Source: an uncultured Chloroflexia bacterium (GTDB taxonomy: Bacteria > Chloroflexota > Dehalococcoidia > SZUA-161). Taken from it: a stretch of DNA of 64,000 nucleotides. This document shows, piece after piece, positions 36,403 through 45,125 of the stretch. The translations under genes and the position numbers were made by a program. The first letter of the stretch is position 1. The number at the start of each line of letters is the position of its first letter. The DNA lies in assembly GCA_963847595.1 (NCBI GenBank), contig CAWKAJ010000003.1, forward strand, positions 36,979 to 100,978. Reading direction: 5' to 3'. Below the pieces are notes generated by a model, which saw only the letters and a list, made by a program, of their open reading frames with translations, had not been told where the DNA came from and searched no databases.

Positions 36403-37410
36403 TTGACAATCGAAGAACAGATAAAAGAAAACCTTGAAGATGTACTTGTGCCCGGGGCGATGCGCAGCCTGACTAAACTCAACCTGGTCCGCAATATCTC
36501 AGTCTCCGACGGCAAGGCAGGCATCAGTCTCGCCTCCACGGCGCTCAGCCCGGAGTCTCAAGACTGGCTCAAAGCCAAGGTGGGTGATACCGCCAAAGGG
36601 ATACCGGGAATAAAGAAGGCCACCATAGATTTCGTCGAGGCTACGCCCAAAGAGCTCAACGAAGTCAAACATCTGGTCGCCATTATGAGCGGCAAAGGCG
36701 GTGTGGGCAAGTCCCTGGTGACCAGCCTTATCGGGGTTTCCCTGGCCCGTCGTGGCTACGAGGTAGGCATTCTCGACGCCGACATCACCGGTCCCAGCAT
36801 ACCCCGGATGTTCGGCATAGACAGCCGCCCTGCCGGCAGCGATAGTGGAATCATACCTGTGCTGTCACATCTGGGTATCGGCATAATGTCCATCAACCTT
36901 CTTCTGCCCAATGAGGATGACGCAGTCATCTGGCGAGGCCCTCTTATCGCCAAGACCATCACCCAGTTCTGGGAGGACGTGCTCTGGGGCAAGCTCGACT
37001 ACCTCTTGGTTGACCTGCCGCCGGGGACCGCCGATGCCCCGCTGACCGTAATGCAGATGCTGCCTCTCTCGGGCGTGGTCGTAGTCTTCAGTCCCCAGGA
37101 GCTGGCAGCCATGGTAGTGAGGAAAGCGGTGCAGATGGCTCAAAAAATGAACATCCCCATAATAGGTGTTGTGGAGAATATGAGCTACTTCCTGCTGCCC
37201 GATAGCGGGAAGCGGATAGAGCTTTTCGGCAAGAGCAAAGGTGATGAGATGGCGAAGGCAGCGGGCGCTCCGCTTTTGGGGCAGATTCCCATAGACCCCG
37301 ACCTGGCGCGGCTCTGTGACGAGGGCAGTATTGAGCGCTACGACTCCGCAGTGCTTAACACCCTGGCCGATGCCTTCCTGAAGGCGATGTCGGCTAAAGG
37401 TGAGAAATAG
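36403..37410 (+). CDS. mrp: Mrp/NBP35 (ApbC) ATP-binding protein lacking the C-terminal CxxC
   Basis: SGKGGVGKS, WRGP, DLPPGT, ENMS. TTG start after GGAGG. Confidence 0.9.
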   Translation: MTIEEQIKENLEDVLVPGAMRSLTKLNLVRNISVSDGKAGISLASTALSPESQDWLKAKVGDTAKGIPGIKKATIDFVEATPKELNEVKHLVAIMSGKGGVGKSLVTSLIGVSLARRGYEVGILDADITGPSIPRMFGIDSRPAGSDSGIIPVLSHLGIGIMSINLLLPNEDDAVIWRGPLIAKTITQFWEDVLWGKLDYLLVDLPPGTADAPLTVMQMLPLSGVVVVFSPQELAAMVVRKAVQMAQKMNIPIIGVVENMSYFLLPDSGKRIELFGKSKGDEMAKAAGAPLLGQIPIDPDLARLCDEGSIERYDSAVLNTLADAFLKAMSAKGEK

Positions 37411-37535
37411 GAAGGAAGCCGTAGGGGCGAGATTTCCTCGTCCTCCCTCTCCCTTGACGGGAGAGGCAAGAGCCTGTCCTGAGCCTGTCGAAGGATGAGG
37501 GTGAAAGACTTGTCCTTCTTAATTAAGAGATTAAC

Positions 37536-37967
37536 ATGGTAGACGAGCCGCAAAAGCAAGACTTCACAGGTTTCAGTCAAACAGTTATAGACCACGCTCG
37601 GAACCCCAGGAACGTGGGCACCATCCCCAATCCCGATGGCTATGCCAGCGCCGTCGGCTCCTGCGGGGACATCATGGAGATATGGCTCAGGATAAAGGGA
37701 GACAGAATCCAGAGTATTGCCTTCTCCACCACTGGCTGCGGCCCTACAGTCGCTGCCCTGAGCCTGGTCACCGAGCTTGCCAAGGGTAAGACCATAGCCG
37801 AGGCCAGGAAAATCACGCCGGAGTATGTACTGGATGTCCTGGGGGGACTGCCCGAGGAAAACATTGAATGTGCTGTTCTCTCCGTAACAATACTGAGGGA
37901 AGCTATCAGGGACTATCTCGCCTTCAAGAACGAACCCTGGAAAAGAATGTATCGGCAGCAATACTGA
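37536..37967 (+). CDS. IscU/NifU-like Fe-S scaffold protein
   Basis: NPRNVG, SCGD, GC, and a third Cys (ECA). Confidence 0.88.
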   Translation: MVDEPQKQDFTGFSQTVIDHARNPRNVGTIPNPDGYASAVGSCGDIMEIWLRIKGDRIQSIAFSTTGCGPTVAALSLVTELAKGKTIAEARKITPEYVLDVLGGLPEENIECAVLSVTILREAIRDYLAFKNEPWKRMYRQQY

Positions 37968-37979
37968 AAAGAGGCCAAA

Positions 37980-38270
37980 TTGGCAACCCGAATCGAGCTT
38001 ACCCCCACCCTGGACCTCTGCATCGAGGGCACCGCCAGACAGGAATACAAGAAGAGTGCCGATGAGTACATGCAGAAGGGTCAGAAAGACAGGAAGCTCG
38101 AAGCGAGGATAGAGCTGCTCAGGATGTTTCTCGAGACTATGGATTTTCGAAAACTGCGAGCCGAAAGCGAGAAGCACCTGATAGAAGGCAAAAAGGTCGA
38201 GTTTATTTTGACCTCGGAAAAAGGAAAGCCCAAGTACGAAATGAAAATCGAGGTGGTGAGACCTACTTGA
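37980..38270 (+). CDS. hypothetical protein (96 aa)
   Basis: SD AGAGG + TTG. Co-oriented at the end of the operon, protein-like composition. Confidence 0.7.
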   Translation: MATRIELTPTLDLCIEGTARQEYKKSADEYMQKGQKDRKLEARIELLRMFLETMDFRKLRAESEKHLIEGKKVEFILTSEKGKPKYEMKIEVVRPT

Positions 38271-39522
38271 TTACGTCTACTCCCACAAAGGGTCGCAACA
38301 CCTCAGGCACTACGACACTGCCATCGGGCTGCTGATAATTCTCCAGCACGGAGATAAGGATGCGGGGCAAAGCCAGCCCCGAGCCATTGAGAGTATGCAC
38401 GAACTCGGGCTTGGCATTGGGCTGGGGGCGGTAGCGTATATTTGCCCTGCGGCCCTGGAAATCGCCGCAATTGCTGCATGAGCTTACCTCGAGCCACTCT
38501 GCGCAGCCGGGCGCCCACGTCTCGATGTCGTAGGACTTGGTAGCTGCGAACCCCAGGTCGCCGCTGCAAAGCTGGATTACCCGATAAGTGAGTCCCAGCT
38601 TTTCGCATACTTCCGAGGCATCCCTGACCATTTTCTCAAGCTCTTCATCCGACTTCTCAGCTTCGACGAACTTGTATAGCTCTACCTTGTCGAATTGATG
38701 CCCTCTCTTGATTCCGCGCGTATCCTTGCCCGCAGACATCTTCTCGCGGCGGAAGCAGGCGGTATAGGCAACGTAGTAGAAAGGCAAGACGCCTGGTTCC
38801 AGTATTTCGTCTCGATGCAGATTGGTCAGCGGTACCTCGGCGGTGGGCACGAACCACAAATCGTCCTCCTCATCGTGGTAGAGGTTGTCGGCGAACTTGG
38901 GCAAATTCCCCGACCCCACCATGCACTCGCGCTTGACCATGTACGGCGGATAAATCTCCTTGTAACCATGCTCTCGCGTGTGGAGGTCGAGGAAAAAGGC
39001 GATAAGCGACCTCTGCAGCCGTGCTCCCAGCTCTTTGAGCACATAGAAGCGAGTGCCTGATATCTTGACCCCCCGCTCGAAATCTATTATGCCCAGCTTC
39101 GATCCGATATCCCAATGGGGGAGAGGGGTGAAATTGAATTCTCTAGGCTTGCCCCACTCCCTCACCACCACGTTGTCGTTTGAGTCCTTGCCTACGGGGA
39201 CACTGGGGTGAACTAAGTTAGGGATGCGAAGCAATAGCTCGTTCAACTCCGCCTCTGCGTGCTCGACCTCAGCCTCGAGGGACTTGATGGAATCGCCTAC
39301 CTCTCTCATCTCGGCGAGGAGCTCTGGCGGCTTCTCCTTCATCTTTGCGATATCCTTGCTGACCTGTTTCCTCCTTGCCCTGAGGCTCTCCGCCTCTTGA
39401 ATCAGGCGGCGGCGTTCCTCATCGATACGCAGGACTTCATCGAGACCCGAGGTCTCGCCGCGTTTGGTGAGGGACTCCCGCACAAGCTCCTGGTTTTGAC
39501 GGATGAACTGAATACTAAGCAT
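38263..39522 (-). CDS. serS: serine--tRNA ligase
   Basis: PTAEVP, CFRRE, HQFDKVE, EVSSCS and HTLNGSGLA motifs. Confidence 0.98.
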   Translation of the reverse strand: MLSIQFIRQNQELVRESLTKRGETSGLDEVLRIDEERRRLIQEAESLRARRKQVSKDIAKMKEKPPELLAEMREVGDSIKSLEAEVEHAEAELNELLLRIPNLVHPSVPVGKDSNDNVVVREWGKPREFNFTPLPHWDIGSKLGIIDFERGVKISGTRFYVLKELGARLQRSLIAFFLDLHTREHGYKEIYPPYMVKRECMVGSGNLPKFADNLYHDEEDDLWFVPTAEVPLTNLHRDEILEPGVLPFYYVAYTACFRREKMSAGKDTRGIKRGHQFDKVELYKFVEAEKSDEELEKMVRDASEVCEKLGLTYRVIQLCSGDLGFAATKSYDIETWAPGCAEWLEVSSCSNCGDFQGRRANIRYRPQPNAKPEFVHTLNGSGLALPRILISVLENYQQPDGSVVVPEVLRPFVGVDVIK

Positions 39523-41035
39523 CGTCCTTACCCTGTTTAGTCTTCAACTGCGGGAACAGGATAACCTCCCTAATCGACTGCTGGTTTGTTAATATCATAA
39601 CAAGGCGGTCAATCCCCATGCCAAGCCCACCCGTGGGCGGCATGCCGTACTCCATGGCTGTGAGGAAGTCCTCATCGAGACGCTCTACCTCCTCATCACC
39701 CATCGTGGCGCGCATACGCTCCTGCTCCTCGAAGCGCTTCCTCTGCTCTACAGGGTCGTTTAGCTCAGTGAAAGCATTGGCGATCTCTATGCCGCCGATA
39801 AAGCACTCAAACCTCTCCACCAGCCGCGGGTCGCCGGGCTTGGCCTTGGCTAGAGGCGAAATCTCAACGGGATAATCGAGGACAAAGGTAGGTTGGATCA
39901 ACGTGGGCTCGACGAATGTGGAGAAGAGATTATCAAGTATCCGTCCCCAGGTCATTTCGCCATCCGCCGGCACGCCCAATGTTTTAGCTTTCTCCCGTAA
40001 GGTATTCAAATCCCGATATTGCTCGTCGAGGAAATCAACACCGCACTTGCTGTGAAGCTCATCCCGCAGGTTAACCCTCCTCCAGGGAGAAGAGAGGTTA
40101 ATCACAGGGGAAGAGGGGTCAAACACATTTTTACTAGGCAGCTCCAGTGTACCAGTGACTTCTTGCGCGACGCTACGCACCATTTGTTCCACCATAGCCA
40201 TGACATCGTTGTAGTCAGCGTATGCTTCGTAACTCTCAAGCATGGTGAATTCAGGGTTATGTTTGACGGAAAGTCCCTCGTTGCGGAAGATACGCCCGAT
40301 CTCGTAAACCTTATCCAATCCGCCGATGATGAGGCGCTTGAGATAGAGCTCTAGGGCAATCCTCAGATAAAGGGTCTGCTCCAGTTCATTATGATAGGTG
40401 GAGAAGGGGCGGGCCATTGCCCCCGCAGCCACGGGCAACAACACCGGCGTTTCTACTTCTATGAATCCGCGCCCATCGAGGAAGCGGCGTATGGCGGTGA
40501 TGATGCGGCCGCGCGTAACAAAGACATCTCTTGCTTCCTCATTAGAGATGAGGTCGAGATACCTCTGGCGATAGCGTTTCTCCACATCCGTGAGGCCGTG
40601 CCATTTCTCAGGCAAAGGTAGAAGAGACTTGGAGAGCATAGTGAAGTCGGAGACCTCCAGAGTGATTTCACCGCTCTTTGTCCTGAAGAATTTGCCGCGA
40701 ACACCTATAAAGTCGCCGATGTCGAAATCGCGCAGATATTGGTATTTCTCATCGCCCAGCACATCACGGCGAAAATAGGCCTGTATCTTACCCGTGCCCT
40801 CCCTGAGGTCCAGAAAGGTTGCTTTACCCATAGAGCGTTGGGCCGTGATGCGGCCAGCGACGCTTACGTGAGGGGCCTCGGCATTACTTCCTTCTTGTTG
40901 CTGAAAAAGAGCTATCGCTGCTTGTATGGTGTGGGTGCGTGGGTATCGGTGGGGGTAGGGGTCAATGTTGCGGCTACGAATCTTGTTGAGTTTTTCCAGT
41001 CGTTGTCCGGTTATCGCTTCTTTTCTATCCGCCAT
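39515..41035 (-). CDS. lysS: lysine--tRNA ligase (class II)
   Basis: YRQRYLDL, FRNEG, HNPEF and GMPPTGGLGMGIDRL motifs. Confidence 0.98.
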   Translation of the reverse strand: MADRKEAITGQRLEKLNKIRSRNIDPYPHRYPRTHTIQAAIALFQQQEGSNAEAPHVSVAGRITAQRSMGKATFLDLREGTGKIQAYFRRDVLGDEKYQYLRDFDIGDFIGVRGKFFRTKSGEITLEVSDFTMLSKSLLPLPEKWHGLTDVEKRYRQRYLDLISNEEARDVFVTRGRIITAIRRFLDGRGFIEVETPVLLPVAAGAMARPFSTYHNELEQTLYLRIALELYLKRLIIGGLDKVYEIGRIFRNEGLSVKHNPEFTMLESYEAYADYNDVMAMVEQMVRSVAQEVTGTLELPSKNVFDPSSPVINLSSPWRRVNLRDELHSKCGVDFLDEQYRDLNTLREKAKTLGVPADGEMTWGRILDNLFSTFVEPTLIQPTFVLDYPVEISPLAKAKPGDPRLVERFECFIGGIEIANAFTELNDPVEQRKRFEEQERMRATMGDEEVERLDEDFLTAMEYGMPPTGGLGMGIDRLVMILTNQQSIREVILFPQLKTKQGKDDA

Positions 41036-41082
41036 CTCATGAGCCTGAGCGAAATTATCAAGGTGCCCCTTTTATAATTAAC

Positions 41083-41553
41083 TTATTCTATGGCGATTAT
41101 CTTCATTTTGCGCGCGCCTGCAGGAGCACGCACTTCAACCTCATCACCCACCCGCTTGCCCATCAACGCCTTACCGACGGGCGACTCATTGGAGATCTTC
41201 CCTTCATTGGGATTGGCCTCAGCGCTGCCCACGATACTATAATATTCCTTTTCGCCACCCTTGCTGCGAACCGTGACCTTGGAACCAAGTCTCACCGATG
41301 AAGAGGGTGACTTCTCTTCATGAATTATGCTGGCATTCTTAAGCATCTTCTCCAGGGTAAGAATCCGCCCCTCAACAAAGGCCTGCTCGTTTTTGGCGTC
41401 ATCATACTCGGCGTTGTCGACAGTGCCACCTAATTCCTTAGCTCGGTGAATCTGGTCGGCAACCTCCTGGCGGCGGACAGAATGCAGGTGCTCGAGTTCT
41501 GCTTTGAGTTTTTCCAGCCCTTCGGGCGTGAGAAAGACCTCTTTCTGCGCCAT
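41083..41553 (-). CDS. greA: transcription elongation factor GreA
   Basis: LTPEG, NAEY and ISNESPVGKAL motifs. Confidence 0.96.
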   Translation of the reverse strand: MAQKEVFLTPEGLEKLKAELEHLHSVRRQEVADQIHRAKELGGTVDNAEYDDAKNEQAFVEGRILTLEKMLKNASIIHEEKSPSSSVRLGSKVTVRSKGGEKEYYSIVGSAEANPNEGKISNESPVGKALMGKRVGDEVEVRAPAGARKMKIIAIE

Positions 41554-41637
41554 CTTCCTCCCTCTCCATCCAGCAAGCCTATTAAAAAAGACTGAGAGCC
41601 AGGTAACCTGTAGTCATCTGCCTCTCGAGTATCGGAT

Positions 41638-41666
41638 ATTATAGCGGAAGTTTGCCTAATTGTAAA
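41638..41666 (-). promoter_or_regulatory. sigma70 promoter of greA-lysS-serS
   Basis: TTTACA-N17-TATAAT on the minus strand. Confidence 0.75.
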
Positions 41667-41671
41667 GCCTG

Positions 41672-42607
41672 CGCTTAATTCTACTTTAATATCCGACAGT
41701 CTCCCTCCCTGTTAGATAATGGAGGTGTCATTCCTCGTCCCATATGTGGCCTGTGGTAATGATACCGCCTCAGAAAAATTTCTGCCATATCCCGGCATTC
41801 TGATAATTGCGATACTCTGTACTTAACCCATCCCAAGCATTCTTTTCTTACGGTTCGGTTAAAACTCTCGATGTAGGATTGCTCATTCTTCCGGTAAGGT
41901 CGAGCGACACGGTGTCTATCACAGAACAATGGCGCATTACTTTCAAATGCCGCTTTAAACTCAGGCCCGCCGTCTGTTTGAAGCAGCTTAACGTGACCGT
42001 CAAACCGGCGTCTCATACTCTGATGCAAGAACTGACATCCCAGATCAGCAGTCAATTCAGTTGCGATGAGTATATCTGCTTCTCTAGTAAAAATGTCGAT
42101 CGCGGTAAAGGCATAAAGCTCACCAAAGTCGATAGTATCCATCTGAACTACTTCTCTCGGCATTGATGCTTGGGGTACTTCTCCTCTTACTTTGTTTTTC
42201 TTCCACCTGGGACGGATAATGTACTTCTCTGATAGTATTTCATAGATTTTAGGGACAGACAGGTGAATGCCATGCTCAAGGTTGAGGAAATACTGAATCT
42301 TTTGCCCGCAACAATCGTATTCCCTTTCACGTATCTCCCAAATCCATCTTTTGACTATGGGGTCAGCCTTCCTTTTCGCTCTTTCTCCTTTCTTAGCCTG
42401 GCGGTATCTGTCGAGAAATTCAATGAGACCATACTGTTCTATCCCCTTAATCCAGATATGAATCGTTTCTCGATTCTTTCCCAACCTCTGGGCAATGTGT
42501 GATTTGGGCAATCCCTGTTGGTGGAGTTCCTCGCATAAAGCTATCAGTGTCTCATTAAGCATGTCCATATTTTATATGGACTGTCGGATTTTTAACTGAA
42601 CAATGCG
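41672..42607 (-). mobile_element. insertion sequence 1 (936 bp, DDE, IS481/IS3-like), flanked by GCCTG
   Basis: Imperfect ~30-bp TIRs sharing ATCCGACAGTC. Ends CGC.../...GCG. GCCTG at 41667-41671 and 42608-42612. Confidence 0.85.
41681..42568 (-). CDS. DDE transposase (HTH + integrase core)
   Basis: QMDT, QTDGGPEF and IESFNRT triad. The stop codon lies inside the TIR. Confidence 0.92.
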   Translation of the reverse strand: MDMLNETLIALCEELHQQGLPKSHIAQRLGKNRETIHIWIKGIEQYGLIEFLDRYRQAKKGERAKRKADPIVKRWIWEIREREYDCCGQKIQYFLNLEHGIHLSVPKIYEILSEKYIIRPRWKKNKVRGEVPQASMPREVVQMDTIDFGELYAFTAIDIFTREADILIATELTADLGCQFLHQSMRRRFDGHVKLLQTDGGPEFKAAFESNAPLFCDRHRVARPYRKNEQSYIESFNRTVRKECLGWVKYRVSQLSECRDMAEIFLRRYHYHRPHMGRGMTPPLSNREGDCRILK

Positions 42608-42612
42608 GCCTG

Positions 42613-43898
42613 CGCATTGACTCATAATTATTGTTACCGAAAGTGGTATCGTTGCGTCAAAATTAGTGTTACCGAAGGAGGTAAGGGTGACACGACGCAG
42701 CATTATAGAATATACACAGGCACTCCAAAGCAGATATTTTCGGTCATCAAGAGAAGATAAGGGCAGAATGTTGGATGAATTTACACAGGTTACGGGCTTG
42801 CACCGCAAGGCGGCTATCAGGTTATTGAATCGGCTAAGCCAGCCCAGGGCAAGCAAGCGACGTGGTCGGCCATGTAAATATGGTACAGAAGTTACCGGAG
42901 CGCTGAAAGCGATCTGGGAGGCTAGTGACCGTTTGTGCTCCAAGCGATTGCAACCCTTCATACCAGACATGGTAAAGGTGCTTAGGCAGCATAATGAGCA
43001 GCACATAGATGCTTCTACGGAAGCACAACTCTGCCAGATGAGCCCGTCCACCATTGACAGGCTGCTGCGACCCTGGCGCCAAGCGGGAGGTCGAAGTTCA
43101 CTGAGTACTACCAGACCAGGGTGCTTGCTCAAGAGCGCCATACCCATCAGGACCTTTGCCGATTGGCAGGAGAACAAGCCTGGTTTCATGGAAACAGACC
43201 TGGTAGCTCATTGTGGTGAGAGTACCGAGGGCTTTTACCTGAACACCCTCTGTGCTGTGGACGTAGCCAGCGGCTGGACGGAATGCCTGCCGGTGTGGGG
43301 TAAAGGTCAGTTTCGGGTGCGTCAGGCGGTACACCGGATGCGGCAGCGTCTTCCTTTCCCACTCCTGGGTGTGGACTCGGACAATGGCAGTGAATTCATC
43401 AACCAGTACTTTTATACCTATTGTCTCCAGGAGAAGATCACCTTTACCCGCTCTCGCTCTTACAAAAAGAACGACAGTTGCCACGTAGAGCAGAAAAACG
43501 GGAATGTGGTGCGCCGCCTGGTGGGATACGACCGCTACGCCTCGAAATCTGCCTTCGAATGTCTGGAAAGGACTTATAGCCTGGTTCGGTTGTACCAGAA
43601 CTTCTTTCAGCCCACGATGAAGCTAATAAGTAAGGCCAGGCATGGGGCCAAAGTATACAAGCTCTATGAGACTGCGCGGACACCGCACCAGCGTTTACTG
43701 CAATCGGGTGTACTAACTGAGGCTAATCGGGCTGAACTGGCAGCCATTTATCACGGATTGAACCCCGTACTGCTTTTGAAACAGATAAACTCAACTCTGG
43801 AGCAGCTGTGGCGGCTGTCTGAGCGCACGCCAGTTCGGTAACCGCAATTATGAAGCAATATGGAGGTCTTCGGTAACAGTTTAATTTGACGCAATACG
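42613..43898 (+). mobile_element. insertion sequence 2 (1286 bp, ISNCY-like DDE), flanked by GCCTG
   Basis: Each end has two GTTACCGAA/TTCGGTAAC boxes. Ends CGCATTG.../...CAATACG. GCCTG at 42608-42612 and 43899-43903. Confidence 0.88.
42687..43841 (+). CDS. ISNCY-like DDE transposase
   Basis: HRKAAIRLL, ETDLVAHCG, DSDNGSEF and HVEQKN motifs. GTG after AAGGAGG. Confidence 0.92.
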   Translation: MTRRSIIEYTQALQSRYFRSSREDKGRMLDEFTQVTGLHRKAAIRLLNRLSQPRASKRRGRPCKYGTEVTGALKAIWEASDRLCSKRLQPFIPDMVKVLRQHNEQHIDASTEAQLCQMSPSTIDRLLRPWRQAGGRSSLSTTRPGCLLKSAIPIRTFADWQENKPGFMETDLVAHCGESTEGFYLNTLCAVDVASGWTECLPVWGKGQFRVRQAVHRMRQRLPFPLLGVDSDNGSEFINQYFYTYCLQEKITFTRSRSYKKNDSCHVEQKNGNVVRRLVGYDRYASKSAFECLERTYSLVRLYQNFFQPTMKLISKARHGAKVYKLYETARTPHQRLLQSGVLTEANRAELAAIYHGLNPVLLLKQINSTLEQLWRLSERTPVR

Positions 43899-44051
43899 GC
43901 CTGAAGCTGGGGCAAGTATTTGACCCCCTTTTGCACTCCGGGCCCTCAGCCTCTGGAGACCTGAAGCAGGGGTTTGAATTACCTGATGGCAAATAGAGTT
44001 GTGTCCCCACTATCTGACTTGGGCGAGTTGGACTCTTCCGGGGTCTTGGAT

Positions 44052-45125
44052 TCAAAGGTTGGAATTTGATGCAACCCGGTTCTTTGCGGTAAACCCGATT
44101 ACGATCCTTTTAACCGGTGAAACTTCTTCCGGGCTGCCGGAGGTTACATTAACAGCATCTTGGGAGCCATCTGATATTTCTTCTACCTCAGGCAATACTT
44201 TAAGTATCTTGATCAGCGGTGTGGGAGTTCCCAGGAGCAGTTTGATTGTGACGTCTTTGTCCACTAAGCCTGACACATCCACAATATCAACTTGACGCAC
44301 ATATTTCAGAGTATTGTAGAATTGTACAATCTGCTGTAAACTCGCAGGACGAGAGAACGACAATTCCACTGACCCGTTGTAAAGGACGGGGTTCTCCTCT
44401 TTCTCATGGGTAATATCGACTTGGGGTACTCTGTCTGCTGTCCGTGTCTGTGCAGATGAAGCATCAACGTTTACATCCGACAAATCAGGTGTCCCTCTGC
44501 TGAACAACTGAGACAACTTCTTGGCGAAGTCCCTGACTGAGCCTGATGACTCGGGATGCTTAACGGCAACTTCTGCCCCAGGCGTACCTTCTCCCTGTTT
44601 TGCCATGCTTCCGTTCTGCGAACTTTCAAGAGCCATCTGTTCATGTGACAGTGCTTCAACTGCTTTACGGTAGTACTCCTGTATTTGCCAGGCCTGCTGA
44701 TGTACCTTTTGCTCCAGTTGAAGCTGATGGTCTCTGTTTTCTAATACCAGCTTCTTTCTTTCCAGAGCCTTACGCACCCTCATGCCGAGGTCATCCAGGT
44801 CAAAGGGTTTAGTCACATAGTCGTATGCTCCAAGTTTCATGGCTTCTACAGCTGTCTCCGTATCCACCACTGCAGTCATCATGATCACACAGGTATCAGG
44901 ATGATTAGTTACTATTTGGGGCAGTGCCTCCATACCCGACAGCCCCGGCATCTTTATATCCATAAGCACAAGGTCGAAGTCCTTCATGAATGCTTTCCAC
45001 AAAGCTTCTTTGCCATCGGCAGCCACTTCACAATTGTAGCCATCCGACTCCAGCTTACGGGAGAGAATCCCCCGGATTGCCTCTTCATCATCAACTATTA
45101 GTATTATCCCTTTGGCTTCTTCCAT
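44052..45125 (-). CDS. response regulator: REC + coiled coil + unnamed C-terminal domain
   Basis: REC closely paralogous to 12271..13431. C-terminus homologous to that of 27535..28566. Confidence 0.88.
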   Translation of the reverse strand: MEEAKGIILIVDDEEAIRGILSRKLESDGYNCEVAADGKEALWKAFMKDFDLVLMDIKMPGLSGMEALPQIVTNHPDTCVIMMTAVVDTETAVEAMKLGAYDYVTKPFDLDDLGMRVRKALERKKLVLENRDHQLQLEQKVHQQAWQIQEYYRKAVEALSHEQMALESSQNGSMAKQGEGTPGAEVAVKHPESSGSVRDFAKKLSQLFSRGTPDLSDVNVDASSAQTRTADRVPQVDITHEKEENPVLYNGSVELSFSRPASLQQIVQFYNTLKYVRQVDIVDVSGLVDKDVTIKLLLGTPTPLIKILKVLPEVEEISDGSQDAVNVTSGSPEEVSPVKRIVIGFTAKNRVASNSNL

